Shown here piece by piece: positions 23,463 to 31,792 of a DNA stretch of 32,374 nt. Under the pieces are notes generated by a model. The model was not told the origin of the DNA. It saw only the letters and a list, made by a program, of their open reading frames with translations, and made no database searches. A program made the translations under genes and the position numbers. Origin of the DNA: a virus; IMG/VR virus record IMGVR_UViG_3300025018_000383; one strand, 5' to 3'. Numbering within the stretch: the stretch's first letter is position 1; every line of letters begins with the position of its first letter.

Positions 23463-23788
23463 TACAGTCGGCCTGCCACATTTCTGGCGGCGTCGTCGAT
23501 GTTGGCATTGACCGCGGCGCGCGCGGCGGCGATGCCCGCAGCTAAGGCGGCGGCGGTATCCTCAATGGTCGCCAGGGCATACTCGATTTCGTCCAACGTC
23601 AGCGGCGTTGGTGTTGCGTCTGCGCCCGGATCGGTGATGGTCTTCACGCCCTGCGCCGCGGCGACGATATCCGTCAACAGCGCCTGCACCTGGCTTTTGA
23701 TCGTCAGGTTGCCGACCCTCTCCCGCAATTGGACCGCGCCGCGTTCGGCGGCGGCGGCCATCTGGGCTGGTGTTAAAATCGCTGGCAT
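23462..23788 (-). CDS. Helical Ala-rich protein (108 aa), possible fibre-associated or assembly protein
   Basis: ORF 9 nt downstream of the tail-fibre stop. No motif recognised. Confidence 0.45.
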   Translation of the reverse strand: MPAILTPAQMAAAAERGAVQLRERVGNLTIKSQVQALLTDIVAAAQGVKTITDPGADATPTPLTLDEIEYALATIEDTAAALAAGIAAARAAVNANIDDAARNVAGRL

Positions 23789-23797
23789 TTCACGCTC

Positions 23798-26455
23798 CTA
23801 GGTTCCGTTGATGACGGTGAAAATCGGTCCGGTGGTGTCGATGCATCGGATCGCGGTGGTCTTGTACTGTGCTGGCGTGGTCGGGGTGCCGCCCTGGAAC
23901 GTGCCCCCCGCGCAGGCGAAGGTGGCAGGGCCAGCGCCGACCTGGGTAACCGTGCGGATATAGCCTACAGCAATGCCGGTGTTCGGCACGTTGACCGTTA
24001 CCGGGCTGGCGTTGTTCGAGATGATCTCGGCATACTGCTGGGTGCCCACCGTGCCCGTGCTGATTGATGTGGTGGTGTCCTCGATGACCGGCAGGTCTGG
24101 CAGGCCCAGGACTTTGCCGGTCCCCTTTGGCGCCAGGATCAAGTCGATATCCGCCGACGCGCCGACCGCGGCAACCGTAACGCCACCACCCACGGCTGGC
24201 GTTGTTCGCAGGTAGTTGGTGGCGCCGGCGACTGTGCGCGCTTCAAAATGGTTTGCGCCATCGCCCCCTTGGACCAGCAAGGCCGATAGGGCCGACGCAC
24301 CCAGAAAGGCGTGGCTTGTTCCGTTGTCCTGCAACCACATTTTTCGGGTGGTGCTGTCGGTCGAATTGATCTTGAACGGGATGCCGGCCGATGTCGCATT
24401 CGATGCGCTGTCGGCGCTAGCTGCCAGTTCATCGATTGCCGCTTTGACCTCGGTTGCGGCCAAGCCGCTAGTAGCGTTGTTGTACGTGATTTGCGGCGCC
24501 GATTGCCCCAATCCGTGCAATGTCACGGCACCGAAGGGCGCGTTCTCGACGATTGCGTTCACATCGTTCCCCGTGAACGTCCACCCGTCTCCTTGGCTGA
24601 CCTTGCTGCCGTCCTGCACCAGTTGCACTGGCCAGTGCATGCCCGTGAAGGACATGTAACGTCCTTCTAGGCTACTATTCCCCTGGACGATTGGGCCGCG
24701 ATCGTAGTTTTGCATCGTGATCGACCCCGGCAAGCTCGCGCCTTCGATATTGCTTTCTCGCGACACGTTAACCACCGTGCCGAAGCGCCCACCGGTTTGC
24801 GTGAAATCGGCATTCTGCCAATGCATGTCGCACTGCGTCAGGTAAATTACCTGTAAGTTTGTCGTAAATTCAGTATTGAACTTGATGCGCCCGGCGCCGG
24901 CGGCTGCCGTAAGTTTTGCAGACCCTCCATCGAAATTCATTACTTTGTTCGTAACATTTGGACCGATATCTATAATCATATCGTCCTCGCCATTTGCCTC
25001 GAGCAAAACCCGCGTACCTTGCACCACCATCACATCATTATTGTGCGCCGCCGCATCGATATGGCACTGGTTGATATGAATTTCTCCATCGCGTTGATCG
25101 TACCAGCGCTTGCCTGGTACGGGCACAAAGTGCAGGTCTTGGAAATGCACTCGCCCACCAGCCGTTTCGAAGCTAGCATTCACCGTCGGCATCGTCGCAT
25201 AAGATGGCCCGCGGATATCCATTTCCCCGGTCGGTAAGATGATGGGACTGGATGTATCAACGAATGGCCCGCCGTCCAGATATACAATCCTGGAATTGGC
25301 AGGATGACTTTCCAGGACCGCTCGCCAAGGGTCGGTTGCTGTAAGCGTGATCGCGCCGGCAGGATTGAAACCATAATGGTTCGGGTTAGGGTTTACCGGG
25401 ACAAACCCTAGCAGATCGGGAATGCCAGTCGCGCCGATGGAGGCTCGATAGGCATACCCATTTGCCCAGACGATCGCGCCGTTTGCCCAGGTCTGGCCGG
25501 CCACGATCGCCGCGACAAACTCCGCCCTGGTCGCAAAACCTACCGGCTTTGCCTGCACCACCACCTCGAATGCGGCGCCCGTGTACGTGAAGATTGCGAG
25601 AGCATCTTTTTGCAGCGCACCCTTTGGCGGGTTCTCCCCGGCCAATTGCACGGACTTTGCTGCCAGGCCACTCACCGCCAGCGTGACCGCGTCGCTGGTA
25701 TTGTCGAACGCCAGCCGTCCGACAAACATGTCACCAGCGACATAGGCCGCGTGGGCCGGCGCCGGCGTGAGTACGATCGCGTTGGCCGTTCCGGTCGCGG
25801 TGCCGCACCAGATCGGGCCGCCGCCACCGCCGCCGCCGCCGGGGATGGTAATCGTCGCCACGCCCGCGCCTGCGTCGGTCGCAGAAACACCCGCCCCAGT
25901 GAAGTTTAGGGTGGTGGCTGTGTTGACGGCAACGCCTTCGTCCTGGGTGGCAATGCCACCGCCACCGCCGCCGCCCACCGATGCCAGCATCACCGGCGCG
26001 CCGGTCTCGTCGAAGCCCAGCGCCTTGTTGGCCCGATCCACCGCCGCGGGCAGCACGCCTGGCTGATAGGCATCGCCTGGCGGGAACGCCAACATCTCAA
26101 GCTGCCGATGGCGCAGCTCTTGTTCGCGTGCCGTGATCCGATCCAGTTCCGTGTTCAGCGTGTTTGCGCCAAAGTCGCCTCCCACCGTGAAATCCGTCGT
26201 GCGAGCCGCCAATACCTCGCGCCGCAGCGTGACGGCCTCGCCGCCGATCATCCCCACGCCGAACGTGACAGTGCCCCCAGCATCGGCGCCGGCGCCCGCG
26301 ACGGTATAACCGCCCACCTGCAGGACGCCATTGACATAGACCATCAGGTCCGGCGCACTGAAGATCGGGAATGTGTAAGGGAATACCGTTTGCGCGGCAC
26401 TGGCGGTATAGTCCACCCGGGGCGACAGGTCGCCGATGATGATATGGGGTGCCAT
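23798..26455 (-). CDS. Tail fibre / tailspike (885 aa) with T7-type N-terminal adaptor domain, poly-Gly-flanked insert and beta-helix (depolymerase-like) region
   Basis: ATG at 26455 (MAPHIIIGDLSPRVDYTASAAQTVFPYTFPIF...) lies 2 nt after the upstream TAG. The listed 1082-aa version overlaps the preceding 843-aa CDS. The N-terminus resembles podovirus fibre N-domains. The middle has repetitive beta-helix-like segments. Confidence 0.75.
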   Translation of the reverse strand: MAPHIIIGDLSPRVDYTASAAQTVFPYTFPIFSAPDLMVYVNGVLQVGGYTVAGAGADAGGTVTFGVGMIGGEAVTLRREVLAARTTDFTVGGDFGANTLNTELDRITAREQELRHRQLEMLAFPPGDAYQPGVLPAAVDRANKALGFDETGAPVMLASVGGGGGGGIATQDEGVAVNTATTLNFTGAGVSATDAGAGVATITIPGGGGGGGGPIWCGTATGTANAIVLTPAPAHAAYVAGDMFVGRLAFDNTSDAVTLAVSGLAAKSVQLAGENPPKGALQKDALAIFTYTGAAFEVVVQAKPVGFATRAEFVAAIVAGQTWANGAIVWANGYAYRASIGATGIPDLLGFVPVNPNPNHYGFNPAGAITLTATDPWRAVLESHPANSRIVYLDGGPFVDTSSPIILPTGEMDIRGPSYATMPTVNASFETAGGRVHFQDLHFVPVPGKRWYDQRDGEIHINQCHIDAAAHNNDVMVVQGTRVLLEANGEDDMIIDIGPNVTNKVMNFDGGSAKLTAAAGAGRIKFNTEFTTNLQVIYLTQCDMHWQNADFTQTGGRFGTVVNVSRESNIEGASLPGSITMQNYDRGPIVQGNSSLEGRYMSFTGMHWPVQLVQDGSKVSQGDGWTFTGNDVNAIVENAPFGAVTLHGLGQSAPQITYNNATSGLAATEVKAAIDELAASADSASNATSAGIPFKINSTDSTTRKMWLQDNGTSHAFLGASALSALLVQGGDGANHFEARTVAGATNYLRTTPAVGGGVTVAAVGASADIDLILAPKGTGKVLGLPDLPVIEDTTTSISTGTVGTQQYAEIISNNASPVTVNVPNTGIAVGYIRTVTQVGAGPATFACAGGTFQGGTPTTPAQYKTTAIRCIDTTGPIFTVINGT

Positions 26456-26457
26456 CG

Positions 26458-28989
26458 CTAACGATCTCCGACAACGGCCAGTGGATTGGGGAATTGGTCC
26501 GGGCCTTCGCCGCGGAACAATTGACGGCGTGGCGACCACCAGTATTGCTGGCCGGTCTGTTTTTTCAGCCGCGCCAACTGCGTGCGGAACCGCTTGTCGG
26601 CCTCGGGGTCGGCCAGGCGCTGCAAGTTGTCCCAGACGACGCGCTCCATCGCCAGGCGCGACCACCACAGATTGGTCGGGTTGTAGCGGCTGAAATAGGC
26701 GACCGTCTCGCGCCCGATGTTGGTGTCCTTGCCCTGCACCGCCTCGATCGCGTTGCCAGCGGTCAGGGCAAGCGTATCCTGGGCCAGGCCAGCCACAGGC
26801 CCGGCGATCGTGGTGCTGAGGCCGCCGCCAAAACGGCTGGTGGCCGCATAGAGAAAATCGCCCAGAATGCCGATCCCGCCACCCTGCAACACGGCGGCGC
26901 CCCAAAACTCCAGCGTGATCATGTCGCGCGGTTGCCGGCCCTTGCTGATCTCCTTCAATTGGATGGCCAGACCACCTAGTAAGGTCATGCCAAAGGCGTA
27001 GGTCGACAGCGCCGCAACGCGGTCCTTCCAGTTGGTTTTTGACCACGCCTGCAAGATTGGGCCGTACATTTGCGACGTCACAAATCCCTTGTACATCGCC
27101 ATACTGCGCGCCACCTCTCCCACCACCGTGCCGGGCTTGGTGCCGCCCGTCAGCAGGGCGCGGCCGCGCACGCTGTGCGACGGCACTGCCAGTTCGGTCT
27201 CGCTTTGCAGCATCTCGCGCATGCGTGTCGCCAGCCGCTCAGCGTTGCCGTCGATGTCGGTTCTTGCTGCGATGTCGCGCGGCCGCAGAAATCGCCCGCC
27301 ATCGGCGTGGTGGATCGGCGTGCGACGGATCACGTCCCAGTCAGCGGCGCCCAGTCCATAACGGGCAAAGGCGTCCTGCATGCCGCCCGGCAGGTCCGCG
27401 AAGCTGTCCTCCGCCACCTCGGCCAGGCGGGCCAGATATTCCATGCCGAACGCCCACTTGTTCGTCTGCGTGAACCTGCTCAATAGCGACAGGCGCATCA
27501 CGCTATCGGCGATGCGGCGCGAGAATTCCGGGCCGGTGATTTCACCCATATAGCGGGCTTGAGCTGCGGCGGTTTCCGTCCAGCTTTCGGCGATCAAGCC
27601 CAGGCTGACCGCCAAGCGTTGGTCGCGCGCGCTGCCTGGCGCCAACAACTTCAGCGCTCGGCCGATCGCACGGCGTTGATTGAGGCCGTTCATGGCCGCA
27701 GCAAATCTGACGCTGTTCAGGTCGCTGACGCTCGACAAGAATGCTGCGCCTAACTGCACCGCCTGGAGGCTGTTGCGTGTCGCTGCCACGGTATTGGCAA
27801 GCGGCCCATTGGCAGCGATGCTGTCCCGCCCCGATTGGATGTCGAACATTCGCCGCGCCGTGTCGATCTGCCCGACAGCCCGATCCGTCGCGGCGCGCGT
27901 ACCGCCGCCAGCCTGGAAGTCGTCCATGGCCGCGCGCTTCCGGATGGACTGCGCCAGATGCTCGAACGTCACTCGCGGGTTCGGGCCGAACAACTCCAGC
28001 ATGGCGATATCCCGCGCCATGCCATGGATATGGCCTGTCATCACGTCGAAAGCAGAGCCGGACCGGCCGAAGGCATCGTGATATTCCTGCCAAGCGTCGG
28101 CGTCTGCGAACTTCAGAAACCGATGATCGCTATGACGCTTGGCCAATTGTGCGCCGGCCTGCCGGCCGCTGGGCGTTACAGTGTTCCAGCCCTCAGTGGC
28201 GATGGTCTGGTAAACGTCACGCAGTGCCTGTTCAATGCCCTCGCGCGTGAAATTTCGGCCGGTGCGGTTATCCCGCATCTGGTGCCAATCCAGACGGGGC
28301 CGTTGCAGCGTTTCAGTCGCCGGCTCCAACAGGAAATCCCGCCATGCCTGGAAGCCGGCCTTGGTGACAGCGACGGCGTCATGATGTTGCGGCAGGCCCC
28401 AATTCGGCAGATGGGCAATGTTGCCTCCGGCCCGGTTGAACCGCTGGCGCAACATTTCTGCCACCTGGTTCCAACTGTCGCCCAACTCACGGGCGTGTGG
28501 GTTGCCGCCGCGCTCACCAAACACGGCGCGCACGACCTCAATCAACTGCGGCTTATTGCGCGTCATCGCGAAGACATTGCGGGAATGGTCGGCCAGTAGA
28601 TCCACCAGCTGTTCGGTCGCCTCGGTCTCGATCGCCCGCTTGCGCATTTCGACATTGCTCGCAGCGTTGCCTTTGGCGGTCCGGTCCAGTATTGCCACCA
28701 GGCCGGCGCCCTCGTTGGGCGCACCGTTCAGCCCGCGGAAGTTCCGGACATCGGCATCGCGGGCGACTAGCGCGTGAACCGCCAGCAGTTTGACGCGGCG
28801 ATCTTCGATCATTTTGGCGCGCATCTGCTTGACGGTCGCAATGGTAGCCTCGGCATCCACCGCGCCGGCCGGATGGGTCGCGCGGAAGTTGCGGGCCATC
28901 TCATCATAGATGGCCATTGCTTCCTCGGCCCTGCCTTTTGGGATTTCCCCGTTATCCAAGGCCGTCTGGATGCAATCCCGCAAGCTCAT
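26458..28989 (-). CDS. Large internal virion / DNA-ejection protein (843 aa) with C-terminal hydrophobic segments
   Basis: ATGA overlap with the upstream gene. The C-terminal region has TM-like stretches (AALSTYAFGMTLLGGLAIQL, FWGAAVLQGGGIGILGDFLYA). It sits in the position of T7 gp16. Confidence 0.6.
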   Translation of the reverse strand: MSLRDCIQTALDNGEIPKGRAEEAMAIYDEMARNFRATHPAGAVDAEATIATVKQMRAKMIEDRRVKLLAVHALVARDADVRNFRGLNGAPNEGAGLVAILDRTAKGNAASNVEMRKRAIETEATEQLVDLLADHSRNVFAMTRNKPQLIEVVRAVFGERGGNPHARELGDSWNQVAEMLRQRFNRAGGNIAHLPNWGLPQHHDAVAVTKAGFQAWRDFLLEPATETLQRPRLDWHQMRDNRTGRNFTREGIEQALRDVYQTIATEGWNTVTPSGRQAGAQLAKRHSDHRFLKFADADAWQEYHDAFGRSGSAFDVMTGHIHGMARDIAMLELFGPNPRVTFEHLAQSIRKRAAMDDFQAGGGTRAATDRAVGQIDTARRMFDIQSGRDSIAANGPLANTVAATRNSLQAVQLGAAFLSSVSDLNSVRFAAAMNGLNQRRAIGRALKLLAPGSARDQRLAVSLGLIAESWTETAAAQARYMGEITGPEFSRRIADSVMRLSLLSRFTQTNKWAFGMEYLARLAEVAEDSFADLPGGMQDAFARYGLGAADWDVIRRTPIHHADGGRFLRPRDIAARTDIDGNAERLATRMREMLQSETELAVPSHSVRGRALLTGGTKPGTVVGEVARSMAMYKGFVTSQMYGPILQAWSKTNWKDRVAALSTYAFGMTLLGGLAIQLKEISKGRQPRDMITLEFWGAAVLQGGGIGILGDFLYAATSRFGGGLSTTIAGPVAGLAQDTLALTAGNAIEAVQGKDTNIGRETVAYFSRYNPTNLWWSRLAMERVVWDNLQRLADPEADKRFRTQLARLKKQTGQQYWWSPRRQLFRGEGPDQFPNPLAVVGDR

Positions 28990-29258
28990 GCATCACCGCC
29001 CAGTCTGGCGCGCAATCCGGCGGCCATCAGCTCGTCTTTGACCGCGTTGGCAAAGATGCTGAAGGGATAGGGCGATAGCCAGTCCGCTTCTGCTCCGGTC
29101 TTCTCAGCCCACAAGGCCGTGTGGAATACACAAACCCCGAATGCCGTCGGCGTCTGCTCCATCGCCTCCACCAGGTCCGCCATATCCCGCAGCTTGCGGG
29201 CGATACAAGCTCTGTCGCCCTCTGTTTCAACGGCGTGCAGTCTAACGATTTCGCTCAT
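28986..29258 (-). CDS. Hypothetical protein (90 aa) between two giant virion genes
   Basis: ATG at 29258 overlaps the upstream TGA (ATGA), and its own stop overlaps the next ATG. Confidence 0.5.
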   Translation of the reverse strand: MSEIVRLHAVETEGDRACIARKLRDMADLVEAMEQTPTAFGVCVFHTALWAEKTGAEADWLSPYPFSIFANAVKDELMAAGLRARLGGDA

Positions 29259-31792
29259 CCGCGTGTCCCTGTTTGGCAAATATCTAGCACGTCCAAAAAG
29301 TCTTGTTCCATGTCGCGTTCGTGCAGTAGGTCGGCAACGGTCCTGGTCTCGGTGACAGGCTCACCGTCTTCCCCGATGCGGGTTAATAAGGGGATTTCCA
29401 GGTCTTCGGGAAGGTCATTCAGCCTCGCCTCTAGGCTGGATAGCTGGGCCTGTTGGCCACGGCCCGCGGGCTCGCTGAACAGGTCCAGCGCGGCGGTTTC
29501 CGCCGGTGATGGTGCCGCCGTGTCGATCAGGTCGGGCGCGGCGGGATCGGCGGCGCCGCCGGTGGCGCCTGGCCTTGCTGGTTCTTCCACGCCCGCCAGC
29601 TGGCCCACCTGGCCCGCAGGTTCATCTGGGCCGATAGCTCTGCCATCTGTAAGCCGTGCAACATCGCCGTCTGCAATTGCGCGTCGGACAACTCGGGCGA
29701 ACTCTTTAACGGGAGTTTCATAGCGTCCAGTCTCCTTGGCTTGGCGTGCGGCCGCGTTCAGTGCGTCTGCCACCGGGCCGCGGCGGTTGGCGAGCCGTTG
29801 CAGCAATTCGGCAGCCACCGCTGCCTGGCCGGCGCGGTCGGCATTGCCGGCGGCCAGCGTATTGCCTGCCGCGGTCAAGGTGTCCTGGTTGCGGGCGACC
29901 GTGGCGAAAAGGCCCTTTTCCTGGCGCAATTGCGCAAGCGCGCGCGATAGCACTCGCGCTCGTTCGCGGAAGGCTGAGTCCGCTACTGCGATGGCGCCAA
30001 ACAGATCTTCAATGGTTTGGTCTGGGCCGCGGTTGTCGATGAATTGCCGGGCCAGCGCCTCTGCCTCGGCGATGGTTTCCAGCGGCTCTTGCGCGAACAG
30101 GCGCATCAGCGCCAATTGCAAGGCCGGGTCATCCGGCGCCAGCCGGGCAATCACCGCGGCGTGATCTTCCGGTACCAGCCTGTTGACCACCAGGTCGAAA
30201 CTTTCGTTGCTCAGGTGCGCCAGCGCCTGCCCGTGGCGCACGTTGGCGCTGTTGCGTGGAACACTGGCATCCAGCAGGTCAGGCCGTGCGCGCAACACCT
30301 TCGCCGCATCAACGGCGGTGCCGGTGCCCTCCGCCAGGTTTTTCATGGCGGCGCGCGCCATGGCTTCCGAGGCTGTCACGCCATCGACGGCGCGCAAGAC
30401 GAAGGCGTTGATCTTTGGTTGCTGGCCATCGGCCTGCGCCAAGATACGCTTGGCTAGCGCCAGACGCTGGTGGCCATCGACGATAAATGCCTGGCCGGCC
30501 TCATCGAGCCAGACAATGCCGGCGTTTGCGCGCTCGGCGTTCCATTGCCGCACGCCTTTCAGTCGCTCGGTCACGCCCTGGTCATCGCCGCCGGATTTGA
30601 ACTGGAACCGTTGGGCGTCGACTTGCAGTTCGTTCGGGTCGAAGGCCCGCACGCTGCCATTCAGCGTGCGCCAATCCTCACTTGCAGGGGCCGTCAGCGG
30701 CTGCGCGGCTGGCGCCCTGCCACGCCCTTGCAGCGCTTCATCCGCCTGCGCCAGCGCTGCATCCGGGTTGATGCCGCTAGCGCTTGCGGTCGGGCCGGTC
30801 GCCGGCACCGCGGCCTTTTGCACGCGCCGGCCTTCCTTCAGCCGTCGCAGGGCTTCCTCTGCACGGCTTACCACGGCGCGCAGGTGTTCTGTGGGTGGCA
30901 GGCGTTTCAACACGCGCACCATCTCTGTGTCGGTTAGGCCATTTGCGGCAGTGGCTGCGGCAGCGGCTTCGCCATCCGGCACCGGCTCACCACGCGCGCG
31001 GCGGTCCAGCACCAGCCTGATGGCGGGTGGAATGCCACGCACCGCACCCGTGAACGCGGCAGCGCCACCCGCGGCAGAGGCGGCATTCAGCAGAAAGTCG
31101 GCGGCGGTATAGTCGCGGCCCAGGTCTTCGTAATAGCCGGCCACCGTCGGCGCGCTGACCACCTCGATGCCCACGCCCAGCAGCGCCTCTTGGACCATGG
31201 CCCGGCCGATACTGATGCCGGCGGGGGCGCCAAACGCCAACATGGCAATGTTGGTAGGGTCTTCCATGGCGCCGGCCAGTCCACCAGCCATGCTGCCTAG
31301 CGCGCCAACCGTGGTGGAGGCGCTGCCGATCCGATCCAGCGTTGGCAATTCTTTCGCGACCGCGTCCAGCACGGCCTTGTCGAACGCTTCAGCGCTATCC
31401 GGGACGCCCTGCAGGGCCTGCGGATCGGCGGCGCGACGACGGGCGATTTCCGCCCAAATCCTGGCCTGCTCGCTTTCGCCCGACACGAGCGTGCCGGTGG
31501 TGCGGTCAATCTGCCACCCGCTTACGGCGTCCGCCCGCACTGGGTTGCGGAACGGCGGGACGCCTGGGTCGCGTTCGGCGTTCAGCATGTCCACCAGCGG
31601 ATCATAGGCTTCTCGTCGATTGGCGTCGCGCGACGACACATTGGCCAGCAGGGTCTGGCTGCGGCGTGATGCGGCGAAGTTTTCGACAAACCCCGTCGGC
31701 CGTTCGGCGAATGTTAGACCGCGGTCTAACGTCCGGTTGGCCAGGTTGTCATCGCCTTGTGCTGGTGCGGCGTAGAAGATGCCATCGCTCAT
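29255..31792 (-). CDS. Large virion-block protein (845 aa) with a central ParB/Srx-like domain
   Basis: Residues about 380-500 read FDPNELQVDAQRFQFKSGGDDQGVTERLKGVRQWN...GIVWLDEAGQAFIVDGHQRLALAKRI (DGHQR at nt 30466-30480). Hydrophobic Gly/Ala segments at about aa 155-255. ATGA overlaps at both ends. Confidence 0.65.
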   Translation of the reverse strand: MSDGIFYAAPAQGDDNLANRTLDRGLTFAERPTGFVENFAASRRSQTLLANVSSRDANRREAYDPLVDMLNAERDPGVPPFRNPVRADAVSGWQIDRTTGTLVSGESEQARIWAEIARRRAADPQALQGVPDSAEAFDKAVLDAVAKELPTLDRIGSASTTVGALGSMAGGLAGAMEDPTNIAMLAFGAPAGISIGRAMVQEALLGVGIEVVSAPTVAGYYEDLGRDYTAADFLLNAASAAGGAAAFTGAVRGIPPAIRLVLDRRARGEPVPDGEAAAAATAANGLTDTEMVRVLKRLPPTEHLRAVVSRAEEALRRLKEGRRVQKAAVPATGPTASASGINPDAALAQADEALQGRGRAPAAQPLTAPASEDWRTLNGSVRAFDPNELQVDAQRFQFKSGGDDQGVTERLKGVRQWNAERANAGIVWLDEAGQAFIVDGHQRLALAKRILAQADGQQPKINAFVLRAVDGVTASEAMARAAMKNLAEGTGTAVDAAKVLRARPDLLDASVPRNSANVRHGQALAHLSNESFDLVVNRLVPEDHAAVIARLAPDDPALQLALMRLFAQEPLETIAEAEALARQFIDNRGPDQTIEDLFGAIAVADSAFRERARVLSRALAQLRQEKGLFATVARNQDTLTAAGNTLAAGNADRAGQAAVAAELLQRLANRRGPVADALNAAARQAKETGRYETPVKEFARVVRRAIADGDVARLTDGRAIGPDEPAGQVGQLAGVEEPARPGATGGAADPAAPDLIDTAAPSPAETAALDLFSEPAGRGQQAQLSSLEARLNDLPEDLEIPLLTRIGEDGEPVTETRTVADLLHERDMEQDFLDVLDICQTGTRG

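Noticed and set aside
23798-26455. A diversity-generating retroelement acting on the fibre, considered because the head module looks BPP-1-like.
   Set aside because: There is no reverse-transcriptase ORF anywhere. I could not find a template/variable repeat pair near the fibre 3' end.
26456-27046. The N-terminal extension of the tail-fibre ORF (listed as 23798..27046, 1082 aa).
   Set aside because: The extension overlaps the C-terminus of the 843-aa CDS in another frame and is Arg/Gly/Pro-rich. A clean ATG at 26455 lies 2 nt after that gene's stop and starts a typical fibre N-terminus.
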